Shown here piece after piece: positions 61,540-64,000 of a DNA stretch of 64,000 nucleotides. The position numbers were made by a program, and so were the translations under genes. Below the pieces are notes generated by a model. That model was not told where the DNA came from. It searched no databases and worked only from the letters and a program-made list of their open reading frames with translations. This DNA is from an uncultured Candidatus Saccharibacteria bacterium (GTDB taxonomy: Bacteria; Patescibacteriota; Saccharimonadia; Saccharimonadales; UBA4665). The DNA lies in the NCBI GenBank assembly GCA_964537115.1, contig CAZHYW010000003.1:26087-90086 (forward strand), written 5' to 3'. Position 1 is the first letter of the stretch. The number at the start of each line of letters is the position of its first letter.

Positions 61540-62568
61540 TTAGCCCTGTACTACTCGAATCTTCGAGAAGTTTTTGCCCATCAGGCCAGCCATCTTAACA
61601 TCTTGCCAATCGAACTTAGCGGCCTCTACCTGTTTTGGCGAGAGAACCAGCATATCGTAGCCGTCACTAGACTGCTCTAGTACGCCGACACTTGCCCAGA
61701 ATTTAGCGATGGATCGTTTGTTGGCACCGATGGCCAGATAGCCAGGGAAAGGCGCAGCCGAGCAGGCTATGCTTTGTCGATTTGCTAAGTAAGGCACTAG
61801 GCTTTTGGTGGCGAATATGGCTCCGTGCTGTAGCTCTACTTTTTCGCGCCAATCGGGGTCTTTATCCTGACCTGGAAGGAGTCGCACATTTAACTCCGTA
61901 GTTTTCTTTTCTGCGTCGCCCATTACCGGCAAACTACCCCCACTGGCCGCCAGTGCGGCTTCCTTGGCCGCATCAAGCTCGGCCTCGTAGGCTGCGCCGT
62001 CAACTACTTCGGAATGCCGTTTGTAGGTAAAACGTAGGTTTTGCGGGAGAAGGCTGTTGACGAGCTGGATCGCGCTTTTAAAGGATTCAGCGTACCGATC
62101 GGTCTCGGAGCGCTTGAGATTGTTCAAATACTCTACTGATACGTCCTGGCCATAAAACTCAAAATCAACACCCCTGGGGTATACACTAGTAATGGTCTTT
62201 GCCCATTTCGCCCGATAGATAAGCCCGAACAGTTCGGCCCAATCTGCCTCTGGCGCTTCGGCAAACCTCCACAGCTTATTGCCGCCGAATAGCTGGCCGA
62301 TTTGCAAGGGCTGGTCATTCTCCACGGCGTATTTAATCGCATCCCTGACCACCGAAATAGTCTGCTCATCCGCCTTCCATTTGCGGAATTTTTTAGACAT
62401 CACTTTGGCAAAAATGGCATCTTCAAGCGGAGTGGTACCGATGTCTTGCGGCTGTATCGGTTCGGCGAGCGATTTAAGTGTGGATTCAATGTATTCTTGT
62501 GCTGTCATAGTATTTTGGAGATGCGAGGTAGACATGAACCTACCGTGGATAGCTTTGCAAGCTAACAC
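61540..62568 (-). CDS. Hypothetical protein
   Basis: 342-aa ORF (alternative ATG at 62535), first gene of a three-gene minus-strand cluster. Confidence 0.5.
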   Translation of the reverse strand: MLACKAIHGRFMSTSHLQNTMTAQEYIESTLKSLAEPIQPQDIGTTPLEDAIFAKVMSKKFRKWKADEQTISVVRDAIKYAVENDQPLQIGQLFGGNKLWRFAEAPEADWAELFGLIYRAKWAKTITSVYPRGVDFEFYGQDVSVEYLNNLKRSETDRYAESFKSAIQLVNSLLPQNLRFTYKRHSEVVDGAAYEAELDAAKEAALAASGGSLPVMGDAEKKTTELNVRLLPGQDKDPDWREKVELQHGAIFATKSLVPYLANRQSIACSAAPFPGYLAIGANKRSIAKFWASVGVLEQSSDGYDMLVLSPKQVEAAKFDWQDVKMAGLMGKNFSKIRVVQG

Positions 62569-62647
62569 CTATTCTCGGTCATCGCATCACGGACTATTAT
62601 ACGGTAGGCTTATCTGCATCTGAAATATCTTTTGATATTATAGGTTC

Positions 62648-62992
62648 ATGAACATACAGACTGTAACCATCACCGTATCTGATCTAAAGAAATCAAAAGA
62701 GTTTTATGAAAACTTGCTTGGCTTCACGCTTGGAGATTATTGGGCACCCACAAACTGGCAGTCATACAAGTTTAACGATCAGCTTTTCGGAATTAGAGAG
62801 AAGCCTGGTTTCAAGCGAGCGGAGTCGTTTGACATCACTAACTTTGAGCTAGATGACGTAGACAGCTTGTGGGCTAAGGTAAAAGACAAGGTTAAGGTTG
62901 TTGAGAAGCTAGCACCTACACCCTGGGGCTCGTATAGATTCGTTATTTTAGACCCTGATGGCTATCAATTAGCTTTTGTCGCTAAGCAGTAA
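62648..62992 (+). CDS. VOC/glyoxalase-bleomycin resistance family protein
   Basis: TVSDLKKSKEFYENLLGF...DPDGYQLAF. Confidence 0.85.
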   Translation: MNIQTVTITVSDLKKSKEFYENLLGFTLGDYWAPTNWQSYKFNDQLFGIREKPGFKRAESFDITNFELDDVDSLWAKVKDKVKVVEKLAPTPWGSYRFVILDPDGYQLAFVAKQ

Positions 62993-63060
62993 AACAGCAG
63001 GCTCAAACCTATTCGCCTGCGGCAAATAGGGACTTCCCATTTGATTACAAATGAGAAGTT

Positions 63061-63852
63061 CTATAGTTGGCTCAATGAAAGCGACCCATCAGAGTCCGTC
63101 AAATCCTGCCACGTATCAAGCTTATCTTGAGTTGTGATGAAAGCCCGCAGCCCATCATCCGCATCCTCGAGAATTCGAGATGCTTTCTTCACTAAGCGCT
63201 TCTGCAAACTGGCATTGTCACAAACAAGTAATACCTTTGGAAAATCACTCTCGGTTCCAGCCTCCCACTCGCCGCTATCCGCGTAGTCCACGTACTGCTT
63301 TAATCTGCGCACAACCGTAAAGAATGGCTTACTGTTCTGTAGATACTCCAGAAAGAAGTCCTTTTCGCTGCCATCGATGTCGAGATGCATATAAACGCTC
63401 GGCACAAAATCCTCGAAGTAGTCGTATTTGGCTAACTGGCTCTTGGTGAGGAACTTTAGGCTGTCTCCGTATTGGGCCTTGAGCTTGCAATATAAACCGA
63501 ACATGTCTAGGCAGTATTGGATAAACTCCTCGGAGGTGGTCTTATCCTTGTAGATCGCTTTGATGTTCACCGCTTTATCCGGGCGGCTTTCTTGCAATAC
63601 ACGAGCACCGGCAGGTAGCAAATAATAAGCTGCTGGTTTGCCCTGTATACGATAGCTACTATCAAAGCGTTTGCCGATAAGCCCTTGGTCTTGCAGTATC
63701 GAAAGTCGTTTAAAGACGAACGACCGATCCTTCTTACCAAAATACTGCGCGATCAAATCATTACTACCAAACCTAAACTTATATAACAGCTCCAAGACTT
63801 CTAGCTGTTCCGTGTTTAATTTTTTTCTATGCTTCTGTTCTGACTTATCCAT
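63061..63852 (-). CDS. Replication-relaxation-family-like protein
   Basis: N-terminal wHTH pattern LNTEQLEVLELLYKFRFGSNDLIAQYF...RLSILQDQGLIGKR...YYLLPAGARVL, typical of plasmid/ICE Replic_Relax proteins. Confidence 0.5.
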   Translation of the reverse strand: MDKSEQKHRKKLNTEQLEVLELLYKFRFGSNDLIAQYFGKKDRSFVFKRLSILQDQGLIGKRFDSSYRIQGKPAAYYLLPAGARVLQESRPDKAVNIKAIYKDKTTSEEFIQYCLDMFGLYCKLKAQYGDSLKFLTKSQLAKYDYFEDFVPSVYMHLDIDGSEKDFFLEYLQNSKPFFTVVRRLKQYVDYADSGEWEAGTESDFPKVLLVCDNASLQKRLVKKASRILEDADDGLRAFITTQDKLDTWQDLTDSDGSLSLSQL

Positions 63853-64000
63853 ATCTATTCATTCACATATAAACTTTTTCAATCTTCTAAAAATTAAACA
63901 CTACACAATTATGAGTCTTATCTTCTATATATTTATATATTAGTAAGGGAGAAATATAAAGAGAGAGTAAGAGAGGTAGGAGGAGAGTAGAAAGTTCAAC

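Larger units (their letters stand above)
54503..64000. mobile_element. Putative integrated mobile element (serine-recombinase type), running off the window end
   Basis: Large serine recombinase abutting the tRNA 3' end, divergent XRE repressor with nested inverted repeats, VirD4/TraG-like ATPase, replication-relaxation-like gene, and lower GC. Confidence 0.5.

Noticed and set aside
1-64000. CRISPR arrays, rRNA genes, transposase/IS elements, toxin-antitoxin pairs and classical multi-gene defence systems.
   Set aside because: Reading through the window, I saw no regularly spaced direct repeats, no rRNA-like sequence and no DDE, HUH or tyrosine-recombinase genes. The Mrr-like nuclease stands alone, with no methyltransferase or ATPase partner.

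Overview
This 64-kb bacterial chromosomal window is about 50% GC by eye and densely coding. I found no rRNA genes and no CRISPR array.

**Housekeeping genes (mostly minus strand):** alaS, trmD, rpsP, a KH-domain protein, rnc, nusB, rpmF, leuS, an AlaX-type editing protein, murF, rsmA/ksgA, an RpfB/YabE-like wall hydrolase, pcrA, tpiA, pgk and pyk.

**Other content:** tRNA-Ala(GGC), tmRNA, a Ni-superoxide dismutase pair (sodN/sodX), many small regulators (ArsR, two TrmB, MarR, PadR, XRE) and several large secreted or orphan proteins.

**Likely organism (inference only):** a reduced-genome Patescibacteria/Saccharibacteria-like bacterium. The clues are an AlaRS lacking the C-Ala domain, a membrane-anchored MurF, LPXTG and pilin-like proteins, and actinobacterial-flavoured genes (NiSOD, DUF4232, rpfB-ksgA synteny).

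**Accessory region:** from about 51.5 kb to the window end the DNA is visibly more AT-rich. It carries mobile-element genes: a large serine recombinase next to a tRNA, an XRE switch region, a VirD4/TraG-like ATPase, a replication-relaxation-like protein and an Mrr-like nuclease.

**Most interesting signals (all non-coding):**
1. A modular intergenic repeat family with compensatory hairpin changes. Its copies sit directly after alaS and directly upstream of tRNA-Ala and tmRNA, which share a 26-nt leader block.
2. A T-box-like leader on alaS whose candidate GCC specifier matches the tRNA-Ala(GGC) encoded in the same window.
3. A roughly 335-nt GC-rich block with no convincing ORF, closed by an 11-bp long-range helix. 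This is a candidate structured RNA of unknown class.
4. A Ser-type (class II, G73) tRNA carrying a UCU (Arg AGA/AGG) anticodon beside the recombinase.
5. A tRNA-Cys-like module without a contiguous anticodon arm, located at the GC and gene-content transition.

All functional calls come from motif and family recognition by eye. No searches were run.
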